From the NCBI GenBank assembly GCA_964016885.1, contig OZ024740.1, positions 45,384,001-45,448,000 of the forward strand: DNA of 64,000 nt. The letters are read 5' to 3'. The DNA is from Eledone cirrhosa. Its lineage: Eukaryota. Under the pieces are notes generated by a model. That model was not told the DNA's origin. It ran no database searches and saw only the letters and a program-made list of their open reading frames with translations. Position 1 is the first letter of the stretch. Each line of letters begins with the position of its first letter. The translations under genes and the position numbers were made by a program. Below are positions 37,809 to 50,973 of the stretch, piece after piece.

Positions 37809-38016
37809 CCCTTTAGCATTTACATTACTCTATACATACTATTGTATTTTTGCAGTAAAGGCTTTACCTCACATAATATAGAATCTATGAGATGTCAATA
37901 TTATTTATTTTGAGAACAATACCTTAACATAAGTTTGAGTGGCCAGTTACAGCTAGTTTGAACAGAAAGAGGTGAGAGAATTCTGGCCGGATATGGCCGG
38001 TTTAAATGCTAAAGAG
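37809..38016. mobile_element. piggyBac-like TTAA MITE (CCCTTTAGCATTTA termini); copies at 38094-38269, about 42785-42982, 49723-49912
   Basis: Terminal inverted repeats flanked by TTAA (left flank here is ATAA). Confidence 0.75.
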
Positions 38017-38522
38017 TTAAAGCATAGATAAGTGGACATAAAAGGATGATGATGGTGGTGGCGGTGGTAGGGTGGCGATGATAAACACTTTAACCCTTTA
38101 GCATTTACATTACTCTATATATACTATTTATTTTTTATGGTAAAGGCTTTATTTCACATAATATCTCACATGATATCGAATCTATGAGATTTTGATATTA
38201 TTTATTTTGAGAACACTACCTTAACATCAATATAAGTAGCAAGTTATGGCTGGTTTAAATGCTAAAGGGTTAAAACAAACAACTTTGTATCAATCATAGA
38301 ACCAGGGCAGTTTTAGGCAGTTTAATGTAAAAAAGGGGTTTAAATATTTATTGTTGTTGGGTTGTTTTCATATTTTTAGTTTTGTTTACTTTCAGATTGT
38401 CTGCTCAAATGGAATTTATAAATGAAAATTTGAAACCTTTTCCAAAGGCCAGTTTCACTGGATATTGTTACTGCTAACTCTATCCTCATCAACATCAGTA
38501 ACATCATACGCACCATACCAAT

Positions 38523-38604
38523 ATGGCAGAAGGGGTAAAAATGAACAAGAAGTTCTTTGTAATGAACGTTATCATTAGATTATGGTGTTTCACAACAGTT
38601 GTAG
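38523..38604 (+). CDS. TMEM72: TMEM72-like protein, coding exon 1 (exon starts 38396 in the 5' UTR)
   Basis: MAEGVKMNKKFFVMNVIIRLWCFTTVV; in-frame TAA upstream at 38499; donor G|GTAAGA; resembles TMEM72 CRLLGITTAAVL. Confidence 0.8.
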
Positions 38605-38898
38605 GTAAGATTGTCTCTTTCTTCTTTTTTTTTAAATATAGTGGTTAAACAAAGTGGTTGATGATTCTGCCCAGAGGATGATGGGGCTACCCAGAGGTTG
38701 ATGGGACCCCCCAGGGGGTTGTTGGGAGACCCCTAGGTGGTTAATGGGACTACCCAGGTGGGTTAACTGAACTTTGGGACTAAAACCTAACATTTATATA
38801 AGAAATGAAAATACATAAAACAATTCAATAAAATACAACTTATTTATACAGGTTTCTCATTTATAAATAATTAGTATTTATTGTTTATTAAATTTTAA

Positions 38899-39130
38899 AC
38901 TAGCAAAAGAGCCCGTCGTTGCTGGGCACACCTTTTACCAGTGTAAATAAAGAACCCCTCTCCTCAATATGGCCGTCTTTGAATAACCCCAGAACTCAGC
39001 TATTTTAGGGGAGAGCAAGATTTAAACTATATGTTGACATGTTCCGTGAGCTAAATAACCTATGTATGAAATTTGAACAAAATCAGATGGAAACTGGAAA
39101 TGCATAGACTGCATACAGACAAACAAAATC
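38899..39130 (-). mobile_element. Helitron-like 3' fragment, intronic
   Basis: On -, GCCCAGCAACGACGGGC hairpin then TTTTGCTAG|T. Confidence 0.55.
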
Positions 39131-39443
39131 AGAAAACAGCACAGCTCCCATGACTTTCAGAAACATTTTTCACGCTCAGAGTTGCTGAAGCATGGAACAA
39201 ACTCCCTGCATCAGTTATTAGCTGTCGAGACACTGCATCCTTTAAAACCTCCATGCTTCCTGAGATTCACCAACACTACACCTAATATTCCCCCTCCATA
39301 CACACGCACACATGTATATCATGACTCATACACTATTTACTTCCCTGACATTTGTATATTATTCTATGTACTATACATGCACCTTTGATGAGTTGTAGTG
39401 CACCTGAGCACTGTACACAATAATTTCATTATTATTATTATTA
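39130..39443 (+). mobile_element. CR1-like LINE 3' end, intronic
   Basis: Near identical to 37430-37765; (ATT)n tail. Confidence 0.9.
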
Positions 39444-39555
39444 TATTCTTTATTATGGCTAATCCCCATTTTTTCAATTATGGGGTTTTATATGCCCTAA
39501 TATTAGACTATTTTCTGTAGTCAATTTAGGATGAAAGTTTCTAATTCTATTTTAA

Positions 39556-39586
<31 letters not shown>

Positions 39587-39648
39587 TATCATTATGTTAT
39601 TGTAAATTATATACAAATACATGCATTTATTTACGTATTTATTTCTAG

Positions 39649-39721
39649 TCCTTTGGATACTCAGCATACAATTACTGAAGAAGGAAAAGACCAGGTCATA
39701 TGCTGTTTCATGGTATCTGCT
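39649..39721 (+). CDS. TMEM72: TMEM72-like, coding exon 2
   Basis: TTCTAG acceptor, GTAAGT donor; (V)LWILSIQLLKKEKTRSYAVSWYL; phases 1 and 2 fit the neighbouring exons. Confidence 0.8.
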
Positions 39722-40750
39722 GTAAGTATAGTTTTATTTCATAGGAACAATTGCTTCATTATGTTGGAAAGACTCTTCAGTTGTGTCAAAGACATGACAA
39801 CCTCTGTAGTACTGATACCAGAATAAATGCACCCAGTACACTCTGTAATATGGTTGGTAGTAAGAAAGGCATTCAGCTGTAGAAAATCTGCCAAACAAAG
39901 GAACATGATGGCTCTTCAGTTGTATGAAAAACATGGCAACCCTCCCTAGTGCTGGTCCAAAGATAAAATGCACTTGGTAGAGTGTAGGAACATATATAAG
40001 TGAGATGCAGGCCCCTACTGCGTCTGAAACGTTAGTAGCTTTGCTTGAGTACTGACTTAGTCTGAGAAGACGCATCCAATTCTTGCTAGCAGAGAAGATG
40101 GACATGAAATGGTGATGATATCAATAAACTTGGCAGCTACATTAATGTGTAAAGTGTCAATTGAGAGAGCTACGGGTGAAGATGATGTTGAGCTGTATAT
40201 TGTGAATTGTGTGAAAACGTTTTGTTACCTTGGAGACATGTTGAATGGAGAGGGTGGCTCAGACTCTGTAACAATAAACTAGAGTGAGATGTACATTTAA
40301 AGGAAAAGTGAATACTGCATGTGTGAGAAGTGTTATGATTTATGGGAATGAGACATAGGTAATGAACAAAAAGCTGGGAAGAATGGAAATGAGAATGTCC
40401 CACTAAAGGCTTGTAAACAAGGCCATAAAACTGACTGCACTGAGGATTTGTTCAAAGTGATGTTAAACAATGATGATGATGATGAAGGCTCATGTAGGAC
40501 TTGCTGCACTTTTTGAATCTGCTGACAGCCAAGGATCAGCGCACATGTATGCCACAGGACCATTTGAACAACAGCCTCATGTTTTATTGTCACAGAGTTT
40601 AACCTCTCCAGTAATACATCACTTAAGGAAGTATCATGTCATGAGGTGGACCACTGAAGGTGAATACAGGGTTTAGAGTTTTCCTTCTTCATCTACACAC
40701 ATATATATATGCAGTGTCTTTTAATCTAATTAGTAAATGATTTATTATAG

Positions 40751-40816
40751 GTCTGTAACCATTTTGTCAACTATCTTGGAAGGAATCTGGATTTTGAACA
40801 AACTGCCTTGGTTTCA
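40751..40816 (+). CDS. TMEM72: TMEM72-like, coding exon 3
   Basis: TTATAG acceptor, GTAAGT donor; (L)SVTILSTILEGIWILNKLPWF, compare TMEM72 AVSICEGAYF. Confidence 0.8.
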
Positions 40817-42476
40817 GTAAGTAATTTCTGAATTCTCTTTATTCAATTTGTTTAATTCTTTCATTAAAATATTTCTAATGAAAGACTCTGCTGATGATTT
40901 TCCAGCAAATTGGACATATTTAATTATATAACTAACTTTCTCATTAATCTGGTATTTGAAACATAACTTAACAAAGGTTCTTATGTAAAGTTACAATGGA
41001 AAGTTTGTAAATAATTATGAACACTTTAGAAACACATAGAACAATTGAGCCACTCACATTAGCTTCATCAGAAAAAAGTTATTATTTCTAAGTTAATGCT
41101 ATAGATATATCTAATGTTGAATAAGGGTACATATTGCAAGAAAATGGTCAAATTCTCCTACATCTATTTGCTTAGTATTGAAAAGCTTATAATCTATTCT
41201 TTAACCATTTCATTACCCCCGTCCCACTACCCCCACCCCATCCACACCACCACTTTCAATGTAAAGTTATGTTGGTACCACAACATCCAGTCCGAAACAA
41301 ATGAGGTCGTGTAGGTGTCACGACAAAAAAACACACAGTCCACGCTGTAATGTGGCCGTGTAGGTAACACGGTAAAAACCTCCCAGTCCACACTGTAAAC
41401 ATGGTTGGTGTTAGGAAGAGCATCCAGCGATAGAAAACCCGCCAGACAGTGCTATGCGAGCAAGACAACCACTCTTGCCTCAAGTGGGAAAACTCCTGTC
41501 CAAACCCATGCAAGCGTGGAAGATGGATGTTAAACGATGATGATGATGATGAGGATTTCTAATGAAAGGCACTACCTGTGATTTTCAAGCAATTTTGAAA
41601 GTAAGCAAGAATTTGGAGTGATTTAGTAATAAACTATCATCTTTATTATTAAACTGGTGTATGGTACATAACTTATCAAAGGTTTTTACAAAACGTTTTG
41701 TAATAGTTTATATTTATCTCAAGCATGCCATCCAACAGGTCTTGTCAGAAACAACTATCTCCAATTGACCCTGCTGGATCCCCAAACAAGACCAGCCGAT
41801 CTCATGGATGTTATCCAACCATCTTGCTCAGGATCTACCATTGGGTCTCCTGCCGGTTGGTTTTGTCCATAAAATCTGTCCAGCAATTATTTCTGACCAC
41901 CTATCCATAGTATGAGAGTTGTGATTTCTCAATTCAGAGGACCCCCATTTCAGTTGCTTGTATTCACAATATCATTTTGGTCATTACTCAAGATTCATGA
42001 CCATAGATAGGTAAGGGCTGGAACAAATACCAGATTGAAAATAGCAAGTTTGGTTTTTACACCTACCTCCCTTATTCTGATAACCAAATGCTGAGGTTGA
42101 CACAGTTTACCAAATGAAATATCACATCATTCATCATCATCATCATTTAACGTCTGTCTTCCACGCTAGCATGGGAATTGTCCCACTTGAGGCAAGATTG
42201 GTCATCTCGCTCGTATGGGACTGTCTGGCAGGTGTTCTACGGCTGGATGCTATTCCTAACACCAACCACATTTACAGTGTGGACTGGGAGGTTTTTACTG
42301 TGTTACCTACACGGCCACATTACAGCATGGACTGTGAGCGTTAGATCGTCTGCATAGAGATTCATGTTACAAAATTTTAATCATGGTATAAATTAAAACA
42401 AATATTTTAGTTTAGACAAATCAGCATAAAGAGTTAATGTTTTTTTACTGGGATAAACTTTGTCTTCTGATTTCAG

Positions 42477-42613
42477 GGAGAATGCTTGCTGCTATTGTAG
42501 ATGCTGGAAATATGCATCATTTATAAATAAATGGAAGAAAGGAAGTCTCTATATAGTGCTGTCTTTACCCACTTTCTGGATCTCTAAAAACACTACAGAA
42601 GGTCATGCTGGAG
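42477..42613 (+). CDS. TMEM72: TMEM72-like, coding exon 4
   Basis: TTTCAG acceptor; ENACCYCRCWKYASFINKWKKGSLYIVLSLPTFW...HAG; donor G|GTATTA. A same-phase alternative donor at 42601 is possible. Confidence 0.78.
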
Positions 42614-44979
42614 GTATTAACTCTTTTATTTCCATATTTCTAATGTAAAAAACTACCTATGATTTTTAAAATCACCAATAATTTGAAGGGATTTAAACAT
42701 AAATTTCTCATTATTAAGCTAGTGTTTGGAACATAACAATTATTTTTACATACAATAATTATGGAAGATTTGGGGATAAATATCATTTAAACCGGCCATA
42801 TCTGGCCAGAATTCTCTCACTGCTTTTTGTTCATACTGATGTTAAGGTATTATTCTCAAAATAAATGACATCAAAATCTCGTATTATGTGAGATAATTAT
42901 GCAAGGTAAAGCCTTTACCATGAAAATCATCATCATTTAACGTCCACAATAGTATATATAAAGTAATGTAAATACTAAAGAGTTAAACCAAATAGCTTTG
43001 TATCATAGAACCAGTGGTGGTTTGGTATTAAAATGGTTAAATAAACCAATTTAAATATGTGATAAAAATATCAACTTATCAACCATGGAGTAATTTTACT
43101 GATAATCTTTGTTTATATCACCCCCACAAAAAAAAAAAAAAAATATTAAAGCAGATAGCTTAGTGGTAGAATTAATTAGGTTAATTACTGACTGATAAAA
43201 ACAATAGCACCCACTGACCTCTTCATTTCTAACTATCTTATACAATAATTTTTATATTTCTACAATTAAAGTGTGTTGTTAAATGTAAACATAAATATCA
43301 GCAACCTATACCAGTCTAGTACTGAGGTTGATTCTTCCTCTCTCTCTTTGGAAGAAATAGTCGTATATAGGTTTGCCTGGACACAAGCTGCTTCATGGTC
43401 CTAACAGACAGAATAGAGCAAGTGTTTCTCCCAGAAGATAGCAAGGGAGATTTATTGAAGTAGCTATTCCAACTCATGAGGTTCACTCCTGCAGGTGGCT
43501 AACACCATCCTGGTGGTAGTAAGTTAGTGGTTTGGGGACCCAGGACTTTCCAGTTATAAGTTCAACGAGCTTATCAGAATGTGACCAATACTTCAAGTCT
43601 GCCATCTCCAATTTGTAGGGGAATGAAACCTGGCTATGTCACTAAATACACTAGGTTGGGCTTATAACCATAAAATAATGGGTTTCATTCCTTAACGGGG
43701 CAACAACAGTATGTCCTTAAGCTCCAGCTGGGAGTTAGTTGTCTTGTACTGTCAAACCTCCATAAAATCAGGCTAAACTGAGCTTTGTCCAATGCAAGCA
43801 TGGAAAACATGTAAAATGTTCACTATTAACACATAACATTGCATGTTTACCATAGTCTTTATTTGATGGGATATAAAGGCAGCAAATTAGCTGAGTCTTT
43901 AGAACAATGGATAGAATGCTTTGCAGTATTCTTTCCAGCTCTCAGTTCATATACTGCCGAGGTCAACTTTGCCATTCATCCTTTGGAGGTTGGTAAAAAA
44001 AAGTACCAGTCTAGTACTGGGGTTCTTCTTTATCTCTACCTCTAGAAGAAATCAACTATGTTCAGACATGGCTAGATGGGCTCTGCTAGATTTATAATAC
44101 CCAAGAAACAGTGTATGTCAATATGGCACCTCTATGACCCTATCAGGAGTTATGTTTCATACATACATAGAATTACATTCCAAGTAACACTTCCACCTTT
44201 AACATACAATTTATGTTTTACCCTATTGGCACACAATTTACCTATCTACATGTTCTCTCTCTTAACATATAATTTACCTATCACTTATCAATTCATATAT
44301 AAGAAAACATCTATCCATCCATATCATCATATAGTGTATCTATAATTCAGTGTTATCATTCATCTCCCTGAGTATTAATGGTACACGTATCTGTGGAATA
44401 CTCAACCACATCCATTGATCAAATAACTCATCAAAACTTACCAAGCTTCATTTTAGTTCATTCTAAAGTTCCCTACATAAAGTAGATTAAATTGTTGTTA
44501 TTGCAAGCAATCTTTATATATTGATGCTCCAGCATAAACTCAGCCATGATGGTTAAAACAAACTAAACACTATATTGAAGGCAATGTTTAATTAATATGT
44601 TCATTACCATATTTCTAACATAAGACAGTGGCTCCAATTAAGCATGAACTTGGAATATGATGACCCATCTAACCCTTGCTTGCAGGGAAAACAGACTTTA
44701 AATGATGATAATGAAGACACTGCCTAGGATTTTCAAATTAAGAATGTCAGAGGTTGGTGTTTGGAACATAAATGTTTTTACATAAAATTATGATGGAAGG
44801 TTTTAGATAAATATTAACACTTTAAAATAAGGTCTGTATCGTAGAACCAGGGGTGGCTTATTATCAAAAGGAAATAAACTAGGAGTTTATTTACCCAACT
44901 TGTTCAACTATTTTAGTCAAATCTGCATTGCAGCAGCTTACTAAATAAGCTAATATTCTAATATAATGCTCTGTTTCAG

Positions 44980-45161
44980 GTTCAATACTGCTGGTAGCAG
45001 GAATTCTACTTCTTTTTAAAAGCGTATTTTCATTGTTCTTTCGTCAAGATTCTGAAGAGCAGAAATATTTTTTAAAAACAAATCCTAATATTTCAAATAC
45101 AGTATCACATGAAGCAGGGACACAAACTGATGAGTCAGAATACACAAGACCTTATCAATGA
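44980..45161 (+). CDS. TMEM72: TMEM72-like, last coding exon
   Basis: TTTCAG acceptor; (G)SILLVAGILLLFK...AGTQTDESEYTRPYQ*, compare PGSMLIITG. Total CDS 540 nt. AATAAA at about 45178. Confidence 0.8.
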
Positions 45162-45854
45162 GAGAAAATAGCACAGAAATAAATAAATCTTCCTTTCAAA
45201 AGTTGTTTAAGCAACAAAATATATAAATTAAATTAAAAAAATTCCACTATTTAATTTTGTTCTTTGTATTTTCATTTCAATTAACCCTTCTTTTGATGAT
45301 AGGAAGGGCATCCAATGGTAAAAAAACCTGCCAAAGGGCCAGGAGGGCTCTTCAGCTGTGTCAAAGACATAACTTCCCTAGTGTTTAGTACCATGATAAA
45401 ATGCACTTTATAAGAATGTAGAATCGTAGGATTGTTCTTGGTCCACCTTGAGGTTAGTAACACAGCCAACTCTTGATAGCATGGAAAATAGATACTAAAT
45501 GATGAGATGATGTTACCATATTTCTAATGAAATACGCTGATTTTCAAATAATTCAAGTATGTAGGTAGATTTAGTAATATAACTGACTTTTTCATAATTT
45601 ATGTGGTGTTTGGCAAATAACTTAAAATGATGATGTAAAGTTGTTAGATAAATGTAAACACTTTAATTTTTACTGCACTCCTATTAATCATGGCTAAATG
45701 GTTAAGAAAAATAGGTACAGGCATAGCTGTGTGGTTCAAGAGTGTTTCGGTTCACTTCAGCCCTGTTGGCATCTTGGACAACTGACTTCTCTACTATAGC
45801 CCCAGGTTGACTAATGCCTTCACTTGGTAGACAGAAACTGTGTAGATGCCTGTC

Positions 45855-45898
<44 letters not shown>

Positions 45899-48800
45899 TT
45901 GCATTTACTGTTTATGTCCCATAACTTAGCAGTTTAACAAATTGAGATTGATAAAATAAATACCAGACTTGAAAAAAAAAATACAAATTCCGATATGATT
46001 AACCAAAACTTTCGAAGTAATGCTCCAGCATGGCATGAAGTCTAATTACAGAATGAAAAGTTCACTTCACAATCATAAGGGCCTGGGGTCAATCCCACTG
46101 CATGGCATTTTGGGCAAGTGTCATTTACCATAGTGTTGGATCAACCCAAACCTTGTGAAGGTGGAAGCCTGTCAGATATTACGAAGGCGAGGCTCTAATA
46201 AAGTATTGATTTGATTTTTCATGATTTGTTCAATTCATGCCAGCATGGAAATGTAGATGTCTGATGATGATGACGAAGAAAATCACCCAAAAGAAAGAAA
46301 ACAACCACCACCCCAAAACTCCTGTGCTTTTGCACTTTGAATCTTGTATAATTCTTGATAATTTGTCTTATAGTAAAAAATAACAATAATTTGTTTAAAA
46401 TCATATTTCCTGAAAAGATACGGCTTTGAGTAAAGCACCTATAATGGATAACTGATATGTTTTTTCTCCACAATTGATGAAATACTCTAGTCATGTTGAA
46501 ACAATCGTAGATGTATAAATAATAACACCACTAATCCTTATTGAATTATATATATATATATATGTGTGGTTGGTGTTAGGAAGGTCATCCAGCCGTAGAA
46601 AACCTGCCAGATAGTCCTATATGAACGAGACACAGCCACCTGACCAATCTTGCCTCAAGTGGGACAACTCCCATCTAACCAATGCTGGCGTGGAAGATGG
46701 ACGTTAAACCATGATGATGATATATAGAATTAAAATGTTAATTAAAATTAAGCTAAATACATATAAGTATGTGAATTTCGTATATCTAATGATAAAGAGT
46801 ATGTTTACGAATAAACATTTGCAAAGCTTTCTAGCTATGAATATTGAAAGGCTGATGGCTAGCAGATTCCAGCACAAGTAGGGAGGGATAACTGCCAATG
46901 CATTTCTGGCTGTGGCCATCATCAGGAAAGTGCTTCCCCAGCTCCCTGCTGGAATTTGAAATAGGCGATGAAAAAAAGACTGCGACCTCTAGTATTATGC
47001 AGTACTACAGAAGACCTGTCTTCCCATATGCTGAGGAATATATCTAATAGGCAACACCTTTCTCTACCATCTCCCCTCCCATATACCTCCCTTGCTGTAA
47101 CCACCTATGTCCTCTATTTCCCCCACCTTCCCAAACAATATTATGAAGTGGTCCCTCTGGAGCCACAACAAAAGTGCCCAGCCCACCCTGTATAATGGTC
47201 ACGTGTGTCAAGACAATAAGCACTCAGTCCACACTGTAAAGTGGTCATGTAGGAGTCACGACAAAAAGCACCTAGCCCACATTGAAGTGGTCGTGTCGGC
47301 GACATGACAAAAAGCACCCAGCACACACTATGTGGTTGGCGTTAGGAAGGGTATCCAGCTGGAGAAACCACGCCAAAATCAACCGTCTGAGGAAAACACA
47401 GTCCTCCGACCTGACCTCTCCCAAAGGGACAGCCCGTCCTAGCATGGAAAATGGATGTTAAACAATGATGATGATGATATAGTTTTTTTGTCTATGTAGA
47501 TGGGCTGATTAGCCTCATTTGCACATGGAGCTGTACAAGCCAACTCAGCTTTAAAGTAGAATTCAAATCTTCGCTCTAGAAATGCATTGGCAGTTACATA
47601 CATATACTCAGATGAATAATAATTCTTTTTGTTTATTTCTTGAAACATTATTAATAAAATATACTGAATTTGATGGTCAACCATTTTAAATGACAGTAGG
47701 ATTGAATATTTTTTAAAACTTCCATTCATAAACTCATATAAAAAAATAAACCAGCAGTCATTTAAAAAGAACAAGAATATTAAAAATAACAAATTTTAAC
47801 ATTAAATGTTGCAAAAAAAAAGAAGAAAAAATGTAGTCCCATGACACAGCAGTGATGATGGTAAATTTTTCAGTTCAATATAAATGATTTCTAATTTAGG
47901 TACAAGCCAGCAATTTTGTGGGAAGGAGAAAGTCGATTGTATCAACCCCAGTACTTGACTGGTACTTTATTTTATCAACCTCGGAAGGACAAAAGGCAAA
48001 GTTAACCGTGGCAAGATTTGAAATCAGAATGTAGAGAGCAGGAACAAATACTAAGCATTTGACCAATGCTATAACAACTCTGCTAATCTACTGCTCCACA
48101 TAGACTTTAATATAATAAGAATATTATTTGTAGATGTAACTAAACATGTTTATATAACTTTCTTTACATGGATGGATGGATGCTATGGTTGTTTTTTTGC
48201 CCCCAAGTCAGTTCTGATCAAGCAGACCATCGTTTCCGCCTTGCTTTTTTTTTTTCTTCCGATATAGCATATCTAATATATATATGACTACACTATCAAA
48301 TGCGTCCCCCATTTGTTTTTTCTTTTTTTTAAAAGATGGTAGAATGTATTTTGGGAGAGATTTGGCTGCTATTTTTAGCAAGTTGAGTGAAGTGACCAAA
48401 TAAAGAGTTCCCCATTGTTGTAACTGAACTGATGACTCTTGGAGACAGTTCAATATTATCGATATTGATGAAATGTAAGAAACTAAATTTGAATCTTTTT
48501 TATGAGTTGAGCAAATCAAGTCATAAAGTTTGACATGACAATGTTTACATTAGGTGATGAGGAAAATAGCATTACAGAACAACAAGAGCCAACATAGTTG
48601 TATTAAATGCATTTACAAAGCTCTCATATATTCATATACATTAGTGATAGTACTAACACTGAGTGATTCATAATAAAGGCATATATGGCCCCACATACAA
48701 TGTTTATATATAATAAACACACATATAATCTCGCTGTGAATATCTGTTTACAAGGTATGGTCCTCTTCTACCTCAGCTTTCCATAGTAGTGTTGTTGATA

Positions 48801-48946
48801 TATTTCAAAAAATGTTGAAATGCTCTTACACGGTTACCAATCGTAGCTGTGATACCATCAGTGTGACTAAATGTATGTATATAATACGTAAACATATTTC
48901 ATATGGCTTCCTAAACACCTCTATTTCTATACAAGTTTAGAACTGT

Positions 48947-49474
48947 TCATGAAAGCCTACCATCCCACTGAATAAGATATTGGACCTGTCCCTGCTGAAT
49001 AAAACGCCGGGCCAGTACATGAAATGTTTCCTTTTTGGCAAATTTATTCACTACATTGAGATAATCGTTGACCGAAGGGGACATCTGCTTGAGGTTGTTC
49101 TTTGAGAGGCTATCATCACTGGCCGTATGAACTGAATTAGCTCGGTTTCGTGATGAAGATGAAACAACCGGCTTAGATTTCAAGCTGTTTGCTTTTCTTC
49201 TTCCTTTCTGTTTTACTGGTTGTTTCTGATGATTAAATGTCTCTAGTTCTTGCGATAATTCTTCAATCTTCTTTTGGTCAAAATCACTTTGGTAAAAGTT
49301 CAAAATTTTTTCTTTCAATTTTATTTTTTCTGTTTCCATCTTTTGTTCTAGATCAGTTCTGAAAGGGTGGTTAATTCCATCAAAATTAGAAAGTGGTGGA
49401 ATAACGCTGTCCAGTGTACAACGTTTTATATTGTTTCTTCTGTGATAACCCTCTTTAGTACCATTCACCATAGT
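48947..49474 (-). CDS. Pcl: Polycomb-like protein, last exon (C-terminal chromo-like/Mtf2_C domain)
   Basis: LDSVIPPLSNFDGINHPFRT and ETFHVLARRFIQQGQVQYLIQWDG, compare EKYRVLARRVT..GKVQYLVEWEG; TTTCAG acceptor. Confidence 0.92.
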   Translation of the reverse strand, partial: TMVNGTKEGYHRRNNIKRCTLDSVIPPLSNFDGINHPFRTDLEQKMETEKIKLKEKILNFYQSDFDQKKIEELSQELETFNHQKQPVKQKGRRKANSLKSKPVVSSSSRNRANSVHTASDDSLSKNNLKQMSPSVNDYLNVVNKFAKKETFHVLARRFIQQGQVQYLIQWDGRLS

Positions 49475-50903
49475 CTGAAAGAGAAATTTAAAACTTAGAT
49501 GTTACAAACACAATAGAGGATTTTTAACATTGGGATTAAAATTTAATTCAGGATTATCCTCAGTTTTGTTAAAATATATTCAACCCTTTTGTTACCAAAT
49601 TAATCAAGGAATTGAAAGGATTTAATGTAACTAAATTTCTCATTATGCTACTGGAGGAACATAGCGAAGGTTCTTACCTGAAAATTATGATGGAAAGTTT
49701 TAGATAAATATAAACACTTTAACCCTTTAGCATTTAAACCGGCCGTATCCGGCCAGAATACTCTCATCTCTTTCTGTTCAAATTGGCCTCTTATGTTACG
49801 GTAATGTTCTCAAAATCTCATAGATTCTATATTATGTGAGATGATTATGTGAGGTAAAGCCTTTACTGTGAAAATACAATAGTATATATAGAGTAATGTA
49901 AATACTGAAGGGTTAAATAAACAACCATGTATCTTAGGACCAAGGACAGTTTCTGGCAGTTTTGTAACAAAAGGGTAAAATTTGATTTTTCATGAAACTG
50001 TATGAGTAATGCCAAAAGGTATATTCTTGTTCTGTTGACTTTGAGAAGGCATATGACTGTGTTCCTCAGGACCTGCTGTGTAAGAGTATGGGATTGATGG
50101 TCAGCTTGTTGCTGCCCTGATGTCTCTATACGAATGCCCAAGTATTTGTGTTTAGATAAATGGTGCTAAATCAAAATAATTCAATGCGGGAGTTGGATTC
50201 CGCCAAAGGTGCATACTGTCACCTCTCCTGTTCATTATTTTCATGAACAGGATTGACATGTGCAGCCGGGTCGAAAGTGGTGTCATGACTGGCAGGTGTA
50301 AAATCAGTCGGCTAGAATTTACACACGGCAGAAGATGATCTTCAACATGCACTTGATAGGTTTGATGCTGAGTGCTGCATGGCTAGAATGAGATCACATC
50401 CCCGATACTATGGAAATGTGGTTAGAATGTCTCTGGAAAGAATACAGGCAAAACCAACTGGTAGGAGACCCAGGGGCACACCCTGAGGAAGATGGTTGGA
50501 TAAAATCCAAGCTTGGCTGGTCATGCTTGGAGATCTAGCTGGATCAGTTGGAGACAGCTGCTTCTGACAGGACCTGCTGAAAGGAGTGTTTGAGGGCTCT
50601 GCCCCCCACGACCCTCTCAGGAATAAGTGAGCGAAAAAGAAGAAGAAGAACCTTTGCTATGTTCCAAACATCAGTGGAATAATGAGAAAGTTAGTTACAT
50701 TATTGCATCCTTTCAATTTCTTGAGTTTTTAAAAAATATGGTAAATCAGAGGCAGTGTGTCCATTCATTAAAAATATGGTGACAAAAGGGTTAAATATAT
50801 TTCAATGAGAAATAGGGATAATCTTGAAAATAGGGAAAAGCGGACGTATGATGATGATGATGATGATGATTTTATGATTAAAAAAATTGAACTCGCAATA
50901 TAC

Positions 50904-50973
50904 CTTTTTTCTTTTAAGAAGTAACTCATCAAAATCTGAATTGGTCTTTCTCTTTAATTGAAGAGTTGATTGG
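50904..50973 (-). CDS. Pcl: Polycomb-like, exon
   Basis: TTCCAG acceptor, GTATAT donor; QSTLQLKRKTNSDFDELLLKRKK; phases fit. Confidence 0.75.

Noticed and set aside
45127-45155. CTGATGAGTC...GAC hammerhead-like start in the TMEM72 exon
   Set aside because: No GAAA or stem III follows; explained by codons T-D-E-S.
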